64,000 nt of DNA from Candidatus Latescibacterota bacterium (GTDB lineage Bacteria; Latescibacterota; UBA2968; GCA-2709665), in contig OZ241917.1 of NCBI GenBank assembly GCA_965203805.1, forward strand, positions 4,064,001-4,128,000, given 5' to 3'. Below the pieces are notes generated by a model. The model saw only the letters and a program-made list of their open reading frames with translations, searched no databases and had not been told where the DNA came from. Shown one piece after another: positions 1-9,245 of the stretch (position 1 is its first letter; each line of letters opens with the position of its first letter). The translations under genes and the position numbers were made by a program.

Positions 1-2
1 GC

Positions 3-677
3 CCGCCAGACCTGGAAGTTCACGTGCCGGGGCACCAGCGTATCCAGCAACCGCTCGGGTTCAGGCTCGAAAATGTACTCGCCGGACACGCCCTCTTCAT
101 CCGTATCCTGGGGCGCAATCGGCAGAAGGCGGTTGATCACGGGTTCCTGCCGTCCCAGCGACAGGAACTCATTGTTGGCAATCCACACCTGGTCCACGTC
201 GCCGGACACGAATCGATCCGTCAGATCGCGGGCGATGTCCACGGCCTGACCCAGATTCAGGTCGCCAAATACATCGAGGTATTCCCGGCTGATCGTAAAT
301 CCGCGTTGACGAAAGAAGTCACGCCCTTTCCTGCCGATCGCGACCAGTTCGACGTCTCCATGTTCATCCAGTTCCGACAGCGCCTTCCGGCAGATTCCGG
401 CGTTGAAACCGCCGCACAGTCCACGGTCCGCCGTAACCACCGCAACCGCGGTCCGGCCGGACTCGCCCTGCCTGAAAAGAGGATGCCGATCCGCGTCGAT
501 GCTCGCGGTAAGCCGTTGAAGGGTACGATCCAGTTGTTCGGCATAGGGCCGGGCAGCAAGAATGGCGTCCTGGGCTTTGCGCACTCTGGCCGCGGCAACC
601 AGCTGCATGGCGTGCGTCACCTTCTGGATATTTGTGACCCCGGTTACCCGGTTTCTGAGTTGACGCAATGTCGCCAC
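3..677 (-). CDS. atpG: F1 ATP synthase gamma subunit (5' part; runs off window start)
   Basis: Manual translation from GTG at 677: MATLRQLRNRVTGVTNIQKVTHAMQLVAAARVRKAQ...VTADRGLCGGFN. GGGGGAG RBS; directly downstream of atpA. Not in the ORF track because it is truncated. Confidence 0.93.
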   Translation of the reverse strand, partial: MATLRQLRNRVTGVTNIQKVTHAMQLVAAARVRKAQDAILAARPYAEQLDRTLQRLTASIDADRHPLFRQGESGRTAVAVVTADRGLCGGFNAGICRKALSELDEHGDVELVAIGRKGRDFFRQRGFTISREYLDVFGDLNLGQAVDIARDLTDRFVSGDVDQVWIANNEFLSLGRQEPVINRLLPIAPQDTDEEGVSGEYIFEPEPERLLDTLVPRHVNFQVWR

Positions 678-696
678 CGGCTACTCCCCCGCGCTC

Positions 697-2217
697 CTAC
701 GCCGACACCTGAAAGCCGCGCTTCACGCTCTCGATCGCGGCTTCGATGACGGTCTTCGCCTCGTCGCTCAGTTCTTCGCTGCTCGTGATCTCGTCCACCA
801 CATCCTGGTGGTGGTCTCGCATATAGGCCAGTGCCTCGGCCTCAAACCGCCGTACGTCGTCCGTGGGCAGTTCGTCGATGCTCGCGCCCACGGTAAGGGA
901 CACAACCTGCTCGCCAAGCGACATTGGGGCGTACTGGTCCTGTTTGAGAATCTCAATCAGTTTCTCGCCGCGATTCAGCAGGTTTCGTGTGGCCGTGTCC
1001 AGGTCCGATGCGCCGAACTGTGCGAACGCCTGGACCTCGTTGTATCGCGCGATATCGCCGCTCAATGTGCCGGAAACCGCCCGCATCGCCCGTGTTTTTG
1101 CCGAACTGACCCTGGAAACGGAAGCGCCGACGTCCATCGCAGGGCGGATACCGGAATAGAACAATTCCGGCTTCAGCAGAATCTGCCCGTCGGTGATCGA
1201 GATCACGTTGGTCGGCACGAACGTGGATACGTCCCCTTCCAGGATCTCGATGATGGGCAGCGCCGTGAGAGAGCCCCCGCCCTCCTCGTCGCTCAATTTG
1301 CAGGCGCGTTCCAGTAGGCGCGAGTGCAGGTAGAACACGTCGCCGGGATAGGCTTCCCGCCCCGGCGGCCGGCGCAGGACCAGCGCCATTTCCCGGTATG
1401 CCCAGGCCTGCTTGGAGAGGTCGTCGTACACGATCAGCGCGTGTTCGCCCTTGTCGCGGAAGTACTCGCCCATCGAACATCCGGCGTAGGGCGCCAGGAA
1501 CTGGAGCGGCGCCGGATCGCTGGCCGTGGCCGATACGACGATTGTATATCCCAGGGCGCCGTTTGCCTCGAGTTCGGCAACCACTTTCGCCACGGACGAC
1601 GCTTTCTGCCCGATACCCACGTAGATGCACTTGACGCCGGTGTTCTTCTGGTTGATGATGGCGTCCAGCCCGATTGCCGTCTTTCCGGTCTGCCTGTCGC
1701 CGATGATCAACTCGCGCTGTCCGCGCCCGATAGGGGTTGCGGCGTCCACGACCTTTATTCCCGTCTGCAGCGCTTCCTCCACCGGCTGACGCTGGATCAC
1801 CCCGGGCGCAATCCGCTCCACGGGCAACGTCTGCGACGTGCGAACCGGCCCCTTTCCATCCAGCGGTTCGCCCAGAGGCGTCACCACCCGTCCCAGCAGT
1901 TCGTCTCCCACGGGCACTTCGACGACGCGGCCCGTCCGCCGGACCTGGTCGCCTTCCTTGATTGCCGTGTCGTCCCCAAAAAGGACGCAGCCGACGTTGT
2001 CCTCTTCCAGGTTGAACGCCATGCCCATGATGTTATCGGGAAACGCGACCAGTTCACTGGCCTGTGCGTTGCCCAGCCCGTGAACGCGCGCCACGCCGTC
2101 GCCCACCTGAAGCACGGTCCCGGTTTCATAAACGTCGATATCCCGTTCGGACTCCAGAATCTGCTGCTTGAGAATGTCGGAGACTTCATCGGGGCGAATC
2201 TGCAAGTTCATCGCCAT
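697..2217 (-). CDS. atpA: F1 ATP synthase alpha subunit
   Basis: GDRQTGKT Walker [36 protein letters not shown]. Confidence 0.98.
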   Translation of the reverse strand: MAMNLQIRPDEVSDILKQQILESERDIDVYETGTVLQVGDGVARVHGLGNAQASELVAFPDNIMGMAFNLEEDNVGCVLFGDDTAIKEGDQVRRTGRVVEVPVGDELLGRVVTPLGEPLDGKGPVRTSQTLPVERIAPGVIQRQPVEEALQTGIKVVDAATPIGRGQRELIIGDRQTGKTAIGLDAIINQKNTGVKCIYVGIGQKASSVAKVVAELEANGALGYTIVVSATASDPAPLQFLAPYAGCSMGEYFRDKGEHALIVYDDLSKQAWAYREMALVLRRPPGREAYPGDVFYLHSRLLERACKLSDEEGGGSLTALPIIEILEGDVSTFVPTNVISITDGQILLKPELFYSGIRPAMDVGASVSRVSSAKTRAMRAVSGTLSGDIARYNEVQAFAQFGASDLDTATRNLLNRGEKLIEILKQDQYAPMSLGEQVVSLTVGASIDELPTDDVRRFEAEALAYMRDHHQDVVDEITSSEELSDEAKTVIEAAIESVKRGFQVSA

Positions 2218-2234
2218 AAGTATCTACACCTCGG

Positions 2235-2780
2235 TTATGATAAACCGGAAACCAGCCTCTGGCGCATCCGGTTCAACTGCGCTTCGAGGGTTGCGTCGAA
2301 CACGTGGTCGCCCATCCTGGTCACAAAGCCCGCCTTGAGTCCCGCGTCGACTTCGACGTCCAGCCGGACCTGCTTCCCGGACCAGGCCGACAGCCTCTGT
2401 GCAAGGCGCGCGCGCTGGTCCTGCGAAAGTTCCCGCGCCGTACGGACGTATGCGGTGTTCAGGCCTCTGCGATCGTCCAGTTGCGTCAGAAAAGACCGGA
2501 TGATGTTTTCAAGCCCCCGCTCGCGCCTCTTGTCGCACAACAGCAGCAGGAAATTGAGCGTGAGATCGCCGATCCGTCCCGAAAAAAGCCTCCGGACGGC
2601 CGTCCGCTTCTGTTCCGGATAAATCAGGGGGTCGCTCAGAAAGGCCCGCAGGTCTTGCGATTCACGAATCAGATCCAGAAGACCCTCCAGGTCCTCACGG
2701 ATCCGGTCCAGCGCATCCCGCTCTTCTGCCGCCTGGATGAGCGCCCTGGCATAACGCGTTGCGACGGGGGTTTCGTTCAA
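2235..2780 (-). CDS. atpH: F1 ATP synthase delta subunit
   Basis: VATRYARAL N-terminus, C-terminal AGFVTRMGDHVFDAT; position between atpF and atpA. Confidence 0.93.
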   Translation of the reverse strand: MNETPVATRYARALIQAAEERDALDRIREDLEGLLDLIRESQDLRAFLSDPLIYPEQKRTAVRRLFSGRIGDLTLNFLLLLCDKRRERGLENIIRSFLTQLDDRRGLNTAYVRTARELSQDQRARLAQRLSAWSGKQVRLDVEVDAGLKAGFVTRMGDHVFDATLEAQLNRMRQRLVSGLS

Positions 2781-2795
2781 GCTCGGCTCCGGAAA

Positions 2796-3293
2796 TCAGT
2801 TTTGTCCTGGTTCCGGAATGCTGTCGATAAACTCGTCGACCAGCTTCCGGTTTCTGTCATTGTCCAGATTCTCGTCCAGCACTTTACCGGCGGCTTCGAT
2901 GGCCAGACCCGCGGCGTGCGTGCGCAACTCCTGGATCGCCTGCTCCTTCTCCTGCCGGATCGTTCGCCGGGCCTGCTCCAGCATCTGCCGGGCTTCGTCC
3001 GCGGCGCGTTCGCGCACTTCCTGTGCCGCGCGCTCGGCCGCCTCCCGACCTTCAGAAATCGCCTGCCGGGCTTCGGCCTGGGCCTGCTCCATTGCCCGAC
3101 GGTTTTCTTCAGCCGCACTCTGCGCTTCTTCCCTGGCTTTCTCGGCCTGGTTCAGGGAATCCCGAATGCGCTTTTCACGCTCGTCCAGCATAGCCAGCAG
3201 GGGTTTCCAGGCAACACGCTTGAGAACAAGCAGCAGCAGGACGAAGGTAATAATGGTCCAGAACATCAGACCCGTATCGACATTCAGCAACAT
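2796..3293 (-). CDS. atpF: Fo ATP synthase subunit b
   Basis: N-terminal TM (FWTIITFVLLLLVLKRVAWKP) followed by long coiled coil. Confidence 0.95.
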   Translation of the reverse strand: MLLNVDTGLMFWTIITFVLLLLVLKRVAWKPLLAMLDEREKRIRDSLNQAEKAREEAQSAAEENRRAMEQAQAEARQAISEGREAAERAAQEVRERAADEARQMLEQARRTIRQEKEQAIQELRTHAAGLAIEAAGKVLDENLDNDRNRKLVDEFIDSIPEPGQN

Positions 3294-3334
3294 ACCCGTT
3301 CCTCTGGTTTAGACGTTCTCAACCGGTTGCTTTC

Positions 3335-3586
3335 TCAGCCGCCTTTCGTTGCCAGAAGAAAGCAGACCACCTGCCCGAAAAGGGCCACACCCTCTATGAA
3401 TGCCGCCGTAATGATCATCGAGGTCCGGATATCGCCGGCCGCTTCGGGCTGCCGCGCGGTGCCCTCTACGGCCATACCGGCCAAACGTCCGATTCCAATA
3501 CCGGCGCCGATCGTTACCAGCCCCGCGCCAATGCCTGCGGACAGATAACCGTATGCTTCGGCCGCCACGGATGCCACGTCTGCCAC
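3335..3586 (-). CDS. atpE: Fo ATP synthase subunit c
   Basis: GAGIGIG glycine motif, ARQPE loop, acidic residue in FIEGV; GGAGG RBS. Confidence 0.97.
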   Translation of the reverse strand: MADVASVAAEAYGYLSAGIGAGLVTIGAGIGIGRLAGMAVEGTARQPEAAGDIRTSMIITAAFIEGVALFGQVVCFLLATKGG

Positions 3587-3650
3587 AACACACCTCCTCC
3601 GCTAGGAAGTTAAGGGTTTACAGTGAAACGAAAACAACGTGATTCTACGC

Positions 3651-4454
3651 TCAGTGGTCCTGATGCACCGCCATCCCGATAAAGACGGCGGACAACATGG
3701 TGAATATGTACGCCTGCACCAGTGCCACGAAGATTTCGAGCAGATAGATCGCCAGCGCAAATGCCACGGACACGGGGGCGACGGCGTACGACTTGAACAT
3801 GAAAATGAGTCCCAGCAATGCCAGGATGATCACGTGTCCGGCGGTCATATTGGCAAAAAGACGAATACAGAGGGCAAAGGGCTTGGCAATCAGGCCGATG
3901 AGCTCGATGGGGATCATCAGGAGCGTGATCGGCAGCGGCAGTCCGTGCGGCACCAGCCCCTTGAAGTAGCCCAGAAAACCATTGTGCAGAATGCCACCCA
4001 ATTGAATCACCAGAAAGGCGCAGACGGCCAGACCGGCGGTTACGCTCACGTTGCCGGTCGCCGTAGCGCCGTACGGTACCAGGCCCAGCAGATTGCAGGT
4101 CAGGATGAAGAAAAATACGGTAAACAGAAAGGGCAGGAACCGTCCGGCCTCTCTTGCGCCGATATTGGGAACGGCGATTTCATCCCGGATGAAGACGACA
4201 ACCGACTCCAGCAGATTGGCGAGTCCCGAGGGTACCAGGCCCCGGCGCCGGGTTGTCGAGGTGAAGACCCACAGCAGAAACGCGGCCGCAACCCACATCA
4301 TGACCACGTGCCGGGTGATGGCGATATCGACGCCGAACAACTCAAAACGAGGGATTTCGAAATGATATCCGAAGGGCAGATGGAGCTCAGAGGAATCCAG
4401 CAGGTGCTCCATGATGTAGTCTTTTTTGCCTTCCGCGGCGCCTTCTGAAGCCAT
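3651..4454 (-). CDS. atpB: Fo ATP synthase subunit a
   Basis: NLLGLVP, IRLFANMTAGH (essential Arg), QAYIFTML. Confidence 0.97.
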   Translation of the reverse strand: MASEGAAEGKKDYIMEHLLDSSELHLPFGYHFEIPRFELFGVDIAITRHVVMMWVAAAFLLWVFTSTTRRRGLVPSGLANLLESVVVFIRDEIAVPNIGAREAGRFLPFLFTVFFFILTCNLLGLVPYGATATGNVSVTAGLAVCAFLVIQLGGILHNGFLGYFKGLVPHGLPLPITLLMIPIELIGLIAKPFALCIRLFANMTAGHVIILALLGLIFMFKSYAVAPVSVAFALAIYLLEIFVALVQAYIFTMLSAVFIGMAVHQDH

Positions 4455-4458
4455 TGAG

Positions 4459-4863
4459 TCAAACCCCTTCTTTTGAAACCCGCCGAACCGCGGCGCGCCT
4501 CACAAAGAACCGGATTTCCAGTATCTGAAAGAGCAGGTACGATAGAAAAAGAGAGAATACCAACCCGTAAATCGACAACGCCGTGATTTCGATCAGGAGA
4601 ACCAGTACGCCGCAGATGACCAGCATCCGCAGGACCATTCCACCCAGCAGCGTCTTCAGGAAGACCGACTGCGGCCGGTCGAACGACCAGATGGCCGAGA
4701 GCCCCCCGGCCAGTGCGTTCAGTGCGCCAATGCCAAATCCGACGGCGGCCGCAAGGACCATTTCAATGCCCCAATAGAGGTACAGCGGGATACCGCTTAA
4801 AACCGCCGCCGCGATCACGACGGCCCCGACCTGCCTGCCAAATCGGAGGAATTCCGTTCCCAA
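4459..4863 (-). CDS. atpI: ATP synthase protein I-like membrane protein (start reassigned to TTG 4863)
   Basis: Four hydrophobic segments with the GMVLRM motif, immediately upstream of atpB. The 5' extension in the ORF track (to 5088) runs through the MITE. Confidence 0.7.
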   Translation of the reverse strand: MGTEFLRFGRQVGAVVIAAAVLSGIPLYLYWGIEMVLAAAVGFGIGALNALAGGLSAIWSFDRPQSVFLKTLLGGMVLRMLVICGVLVLLIEITALSIYGLVFSLFLSYLLFQILEIRFFVRRAAVRRVSKEGV

Positions 4864-4870
4864 AGTCTGA

Positions 4871-5129
4871 CAGCCCGTTGAAAAAGTCCATCCGGTCTGC
4901 GTCCGGCCCTTGTGACCGAAATACGGCGTTGCCTGCCTGCGCCTGCCTGTCCCGTTGGAACGGCAGACAGGCCAAGCAACGCGCCTGCCTGCCGCGGGAA
5001 GCGCAGCGGCGCAGGCAGGCGGCAGGCAGGCGCTCCCTCCCCGAATCCAGGGATTCGCGTCGGTCGTGCGCCTTGTCTTCGGCCACAATGACTCGCCCTC
5101 GCCTGCAGAGCGACTTTTTCAACGGACTG
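4871..5129. mobile_element. MITE (259 bp non-autonomous IS-derived element)
   Basis: 18-bp terminal inverted repeats CAGCCCGTTGAAAAAGTC (4871-4888) and GACTTTTTCAACGGACTG (5112-5129), 17/18 match. Flanked by near-identical 4-mers CTGA/CTAA. No transposase. Confidence 0.75.
4931..5033. repeat. Nested GCCTGCCTGC / GCAGGCAGGC palindromic repeats inside the MITE
   Basis: GCCTGCCTGCGCC (4931-4943) is the reverse complement of 5008-5020; GCGCCTGCCTGCC (4981-4993) is the reverse complement of 5021-5033. Confidence 0.8.
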
Positions 5130-5147
5130 CTAACCTCCGGACGGTCG

Positions 5148-5399
5148 CTATTGGTTGCCCTTCTTATCGCGTTCCTGGAGTCGAATTGCCGTTCTGTAAA
5201 GGTTCAGAAAACCGACGGTGATGCCCAGAAACGTACCGACCAGCATCAGATACGGGGTCGTTCCCAGTTTGCCGTCCAGCCACCGTCCGCCAAAGAGGCA
5301 GAGAAGAATGGCCGCCGCAAACTCGATGCCCAGGTTCAGATAGGGACCCGCCTTCCGATAGGCTGCCGCGAGACCCGGTTGTTTTCCTTCCTCCGCCAT
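5148..5399 (-). CDS. AtpZ/AtpQ-family small membrane protein (first atp operon gene)
   Basis: GRWLDGKLGTTP...GTFLG motif typical of the ATPase gene-1 family. Confidence 0.88.
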   Translation of the reverse strand: MAEEGKQPGLAAAYRKAGPYLNLGIEFAAAILLCLFGGRWLDGKLGTTPYLMLVGTFLGITVGFLNLYRTAIRLQERDKKGNQ

Positions 5400-5489
5400 C
5401 GTTCAACGGACCGTTAAGGAGGGAAGGGCGTTTGTGATGGAATATCCCCGTGTATTGTATGGCTCGGAGACCCTTCACCTTAATTCGAC

Positions 5490-5510
5490 AAAAACAGCAA
5501 CGGGTCGCTG
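5490..5510 (-). terminator. Possible intrinsic terminator downstream of nuoN
   Basis: Minus strand CAGCGACCCGTTGCTG followed by TTTTT; a second hairpin CCTTCCTGA/TCAGGAAGG lies at 5519-5553. Confidence 0.4.
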
Positions 5511-5668
5511 CGACGAAACCTTCCTGAACGGGCCGAACAGGTCGTCAGGAAGGGCATTTTTTCCGTGCACGTCCAGTGACCTGAAGGTTCATAAAAATAA
5601 GAAGTTAAATCGCCTTTATTCACTTGCACATATTCGAATTTACGTCCCAGGATTACGGCGAATCAAGG

Positions 5669-7117
5669 TTAAATCCCAATCAGGTTGCCTACCGTCTGCC
5701 TGGCAAATTCCAGAACCCGCGAGGGCGCCAGGCCGATATAGAGAGTCGCCAGGGACGTCAACAGCAGTGCGGTTCGTGTGAGCGCGGGAAACGTCCCCAC
5801 CGGCTCCTGGTCCGCGGGCTGTCTCATATACATACTTACGACAACGCCGAGATAGAAATAGACGGAGACCAGGCTGTTCAGCACCGCGATAACGGTGAGG
5901 GCGACCTGCCCCGCGTCGATGGCCGCCCGGAAGATGTAGAATTTTCCAAAGAACCCGGCAGTGGGCGGCAGTCCGGCCAGGGAGAGCATGAACAGCGTCA
6001 TCGTCAGTCCGAGAAGCGGATGTTTGAAGCCCAGACCCGCGTAATCCGAAATATCCAGGTTTTCTTCGCCCTTGCGCGCCACCAGAATCAGGACCGCAAA
6101 AGCGCCGATATTCATAAATGTATAAGCCAGCAGATAAAACAGCGCCGCGGAAATCCCGCTCTCGTTGGCCGCGGTGAGCGCAACCAATATGTAACCGGCG
6201 TGGGCAACGCTGGAATATGCCAGCATTCGCTTGATGCTGCGCTGCCCCAGCGCGCTCAGGTTGCCAACGGTCATGGTCAGCGCGGCAAGGATCCAGAGCA
6301 CCGCCGTCCACTCCGTCTTCAGCGATTCCAGAGACACCATCAGCACGCGCAGGAATGCAACGAAGGCGGCCGCCTTGGGGCCCGCTGAAAGGAAGGCGGT
6401 AACCGCTGCGGGCGCGCCTTCGTAGACATCGGGCGCCCACATGTGGAACGGCACTGCCGCCACTTTGAATGCGAAGCCCACAACCAGCAATACCATCCCG
6501 GCATATAACATCAGGCCGCCGCCATCCACGCTCCTGGACAACATCGCGCCGACCTGCTGCAGGTTTGTGGAGCCGGTCGATCCGTAAATCAGGGCGATTC
6601 CATAAAGCAGAAACCCGGTCGCAAATGCGCCCAGCAGCAGATACTTCAAGGAGGCTTCGTTGGACACGGAGCGCGAGCTGAGGAATCCGACCAGGATATA
6701 GAGAGACAGGGACATCAGTTCCAGACCCAGGAATATGACGATAAGATCCGTCCCCGCGGCCATGAGCATCATGCCCAGGGTGGCCGTCAGCAACAGCAGA
6801 TAATATTCGCTGCGGCTGCCTTGTTCCTGCCTCAGGTAACCTGTGGAAACAAAAATGGTCAGCGCCGTGCCGACCGTAAAAATAATGTTGGAAAAGAGCG
6901 CGAAATTGTCCAGTGCGAGCATGCCGCCGAAAGCCTGTTCGGACCGTCCCCAGAGACCCGCGCAGGCGACCGCCGCCAGACCCGTTCCGACAATGGCAGC
7001 GTATGCCGCGCCCATACCCCGATTTACCGGCCGGACGATGTCGATGCACAGGATCAACAACGCGCTGGCCGCCACGATCAGCGAGGGAACGAGCACGATC
7101 CAGTTCAGGTCAGGCAA
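5669..7117 (-). CDS. nuoN: NADH-quinone oxidoreductase subunit N
   Basis: GLELMSLSLY, EASLKY, FKVAAVPFHMWAPDVYEGAP, KRMLAYSSVAHAGY. Confidence 0.96.
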   Translation of the reverse strand: MPDLNWIVLVPSLIVAASALLILCIDIVRPVNRGMGAAYAAIVGTGLAAVACAGLWGRSEQAFGGMLALDNFALFSNIIFTVGTALTIFVSTGYLRQEQGSRSEYYLLLLTATLGMMLMAAGTDLIVIFLGLELMSLSLYILVGFLSSRSVSNEASLKYLLLGAFATGFLLYGIALIYGSTGSTNLQQVGAMLSRSVDGGGLMLYAGMVLLVVGFAFKVAAVPFHMWAPDVYEGAPAAVTAFLSAGPKAAAFVAFLRVLMVSLESLKTEWTAVLWILAALTMTVGNLSALGQRSIKRMLAYSSVAHAGYILVALTAANESGISAALFYLLAYTFMNIGAFAVLILVARKGEENLDISDYAGLGFKHPLLGLTMTLFMLSLAGLPPTAGFFGKFYIFRAAIDAGQVALTVIAVLNSLVSVYFYLGVVVSMYMRQPADQEPVGTFPALTRTALLLTSLATLYIGLAPSRVLEFARQTVGNLIGI

Positions 7118-7152
7118 CGCAGAAGTCCTCGGTGATAATTATTAGCGGCATT

Positions 7153-7181
7153 AATTAACGGGGATGCGATAAAAAAGTCAA
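7153..7181 (-). promoter_or_regulatory. Possible internal sigma70 promoter for nuoN
   Basis: TTGACT (7181-7176), 17 nt, TTAATT in an AT-rich 190-bp spacer. Confidence 0.35.
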
Positions 7182-7306
7182 GCCTAAAGTTTCAATCTGG
7201 AGCGCATGTGGATAATTGCCGGAAAACCCATCTGCCATGCGCAACGAAAAATCATCACAATTAATGGTTATTATTATACTTAGGTATTGATATCTGTTCC
7301 CGGATT

Positions 7307-8995
7307 TCAGAAGCAGTAGATCAGGAAGGCGGCCAGAACGATCGTCACGACCAATACGGCAGTGCCCGTGGTCCAGGTCCGGCTCAGAATGCCCTGGGGG
7401 CCGTGGTATAGCCGGCATCCGGAAATCGCCGCCGAGACCAGCGCCTTTCCGCCCCGAAGTACCGGATTTCCCGCGGAACCGCCCGCCCGCGCAACAACCC
7501 GGACGATACCGGGAAGCAGGCGTCGGTACGTCCAGTCGGCGTCCAGGTTCATCGACCGGAGTACGGACGGATAAATCCCGGTCCGTTTCAATAAGACGAA
7601 GGCCAGAGCGGAGAAAGTCAACAACTGAACCTGGACAATCACGTGGTCCACCGTATAGGGTTCGAAATCCACGGCATGAGGCAGAATATCGTACAGTGGT
7701 TTCGGTACAATTCCAATCAGAACGCACATTGCCGCTGCCGCGCCCATGGCGACGAGCATGTTCAGCGGCGCTTCTCTGCATCGGATCCCCGAATCACGCG
7801 AGAAGAAAGCAAGGTAGGGGATTCTGATGCCTATATAAATCAACGCGCCGGCCGACGCGAACACCAGGACCGCCCATGTCAGGACATAGTGACCATTGGC
7901 TGCCGACCAGACGATAAACGACTTACTGACGAAGCCGCTGAAGAATGGAAAGGCCGAAATCGACGCGGCGCCAACGATGCAGAACACCGTTGTCAGCGGC
8001 ATGGATCTGTACAGCCCGCCTAGCTCCGACGCTTTCGCTGTTCCGGTACGGTAGAGCACGGCGCCCATCGACATAAACAACAGGGCTTTGTAAAGGACGT
8101 GCGTGAACGCGTGGGCGGCCGTACCGTTCAGGGACGTCTCCGTTCCGATCCCAATGCCAACCACCATAAATCCGAGCTGGATATTCAGGCTGTAGGACAG
8201 CACCCGCCTGAGGTCGTTTTCAATGACCGCATAGAACATCGGAAACGTGGTCATCGCGGCGCCGATCGGGATCAGGATCTCCGTACCGGGAAACCCCCGT
8301 GCAAGCGCGTAGACCGCCAGCTTGGTTGTGAACGCGCTCAGAAAAACGGTTCCGGTCACCGTTGCCTCCGGATAGGCGTCCGGCAGCCAGCTGTGCAGCA
8401 GGGGAAAGGCGCATTTGATTCCAATAGCGATCAGGATCAGCGTCGTGCCCGGACCGTTCAGCCCCAACCCGGTAAACGCGATCGACCCTGTCTCGCTCAG
8501 GTGGAGCAGAATGCCGGCGAGCAGAATCATACCCGAAGAGATCTGAACAACGAGGTAACGCATCCCGGCGGCGTAGGCCCGGTCGGTACGGCGGCTCCAG
8601 ATCAGGAATACGGAGGAAATCGCCGCCAGTTCCCAATAGACGAAGAGGGTAATGAGATCGCCCGCGAAGAGGGCGCCTATGGCGCAGCCCGCATAGAACA
8701 GGCCGGCAACGTGCTGCGCGTTGTCTTTCACGTGGAGCGCATAGACGACGCTCAACAGGGCGGCGATATGGAACACATAGCCAAAGACCAGGCTGAGCCC
8801 GTCGATCCGGACCAGCGTCAGAGCGTAGTCGAAGATCCGGATCTGTCCGTATTCGCCCGGGGAGAATCCAAGCAGGTGGGCAAGCCCGGCAACCGGCAGC
8901 AGGAGCATATAGGCCGACTGTAAACGTCCCCGCAGGAGCGGTATCAGCAGCGACCCGATCATCAGGATCAACGCCGGCGGAAACTGATCAATCAT
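7307..8995 (-). CDS. mrpD: Na+/H+ antiporter MrpD/MrpA-like subunit (third copy)
   Basis: Proton_antipo_M motifs WELAAISS, WLPDAYPEA, FTTKLAVY, RRVLSYS; start MIDQFPP at 8995. Confidence 0.85.
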   Translation of the reverse strand: MIDQFPPALILMIGSLLIPLLRGRLQSAYMLLLPVAGLAHLLGFSPGEYGQIRIFDYALTLVRIDGLSLVFGYVFHIAALLSVVYALHVKDNAQHVAGLFYAGCAIGALFAGDLITLFVYWELAAISSVFLIWSRRTDRAYAAGMRYLVVQISSGMILLAGILLHLSETGSIAFTGLGLNGPGTTLILIAIGIKCAFPLLHSWLPDAYPEATVTGTVFLSAFTTKLAVYALARGFPGTEILIPIGAAMTTFPMFYAVIENDLRRVLSYSLNIQLGFMVVGIGIGTETSLNGTAAHAFTHVLYKALLFMSMGAVLYRTGTAKASELGGLYRSMPLTTVFCIVGAASISAFPFFSGFVSKSFIVWSAANGHYVLTWAVLVFASAGALIYIGIRIPYLAFFSRDSGIRCREAPLNMLVAMGAAAAMCVLIGIVPKPLYDILPHAVDFEPYTVDHVIVQVQLLTFSALAFVLLKRTGIYPSVLRSMNLDADWTYRRLLPGIVRVVARAGGSAGNPVLRGGKALVSAAISGCRLYHGPQGILSRTWTTGTAVLVVTIVLAAFLIYCF

Positions 8996-9233
8996 AGTAG
9001 TCTTCCTTGCGTCCCAGAACCACGCGCAGCCCCCTGGCTGCCAGCACAAGCACGACGGCGGCCGCAAACCCGTAAAACGCATGAAAACCGAACCATTGCT
9101 CGGCCGATATATGGGTATGTTTGTGGATGAAACCATCCGCCAACAGCAGCAGAACGCAGACCGCATAGAGAACCCGGCATGTCTTCTTCAAGATTCCGGC
9201 TCCCTCGAGCCTGTTTTTCGAATTATCTTCCAT
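8988..9233 (-). CDS. Small 2-TM membrane protein of Mrp cluster
   Basis: Two hydrophobic helices, FGFHAFYGF..., ends RKEDYYD; overlaps the next gene start. Confidence 0.75.
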   Translation of the reverse strand: MEDNSKNRLEGAGILKKTCRVLYAVCVLLLLADGFIHKHTHISAEQWFGFHAFYGFAAAVVLVLAARGLRVVLGRKEDYYD

Positions 9234-9245
9234 ATGCTTCGTCCG

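Noticed and set aside
4864-5088. N-terminal extension of AtpI in the ORF track
   Set aside because: It translates the MITE palindromes (ACLPPACAAALP); probably not part of the ancestral protein.
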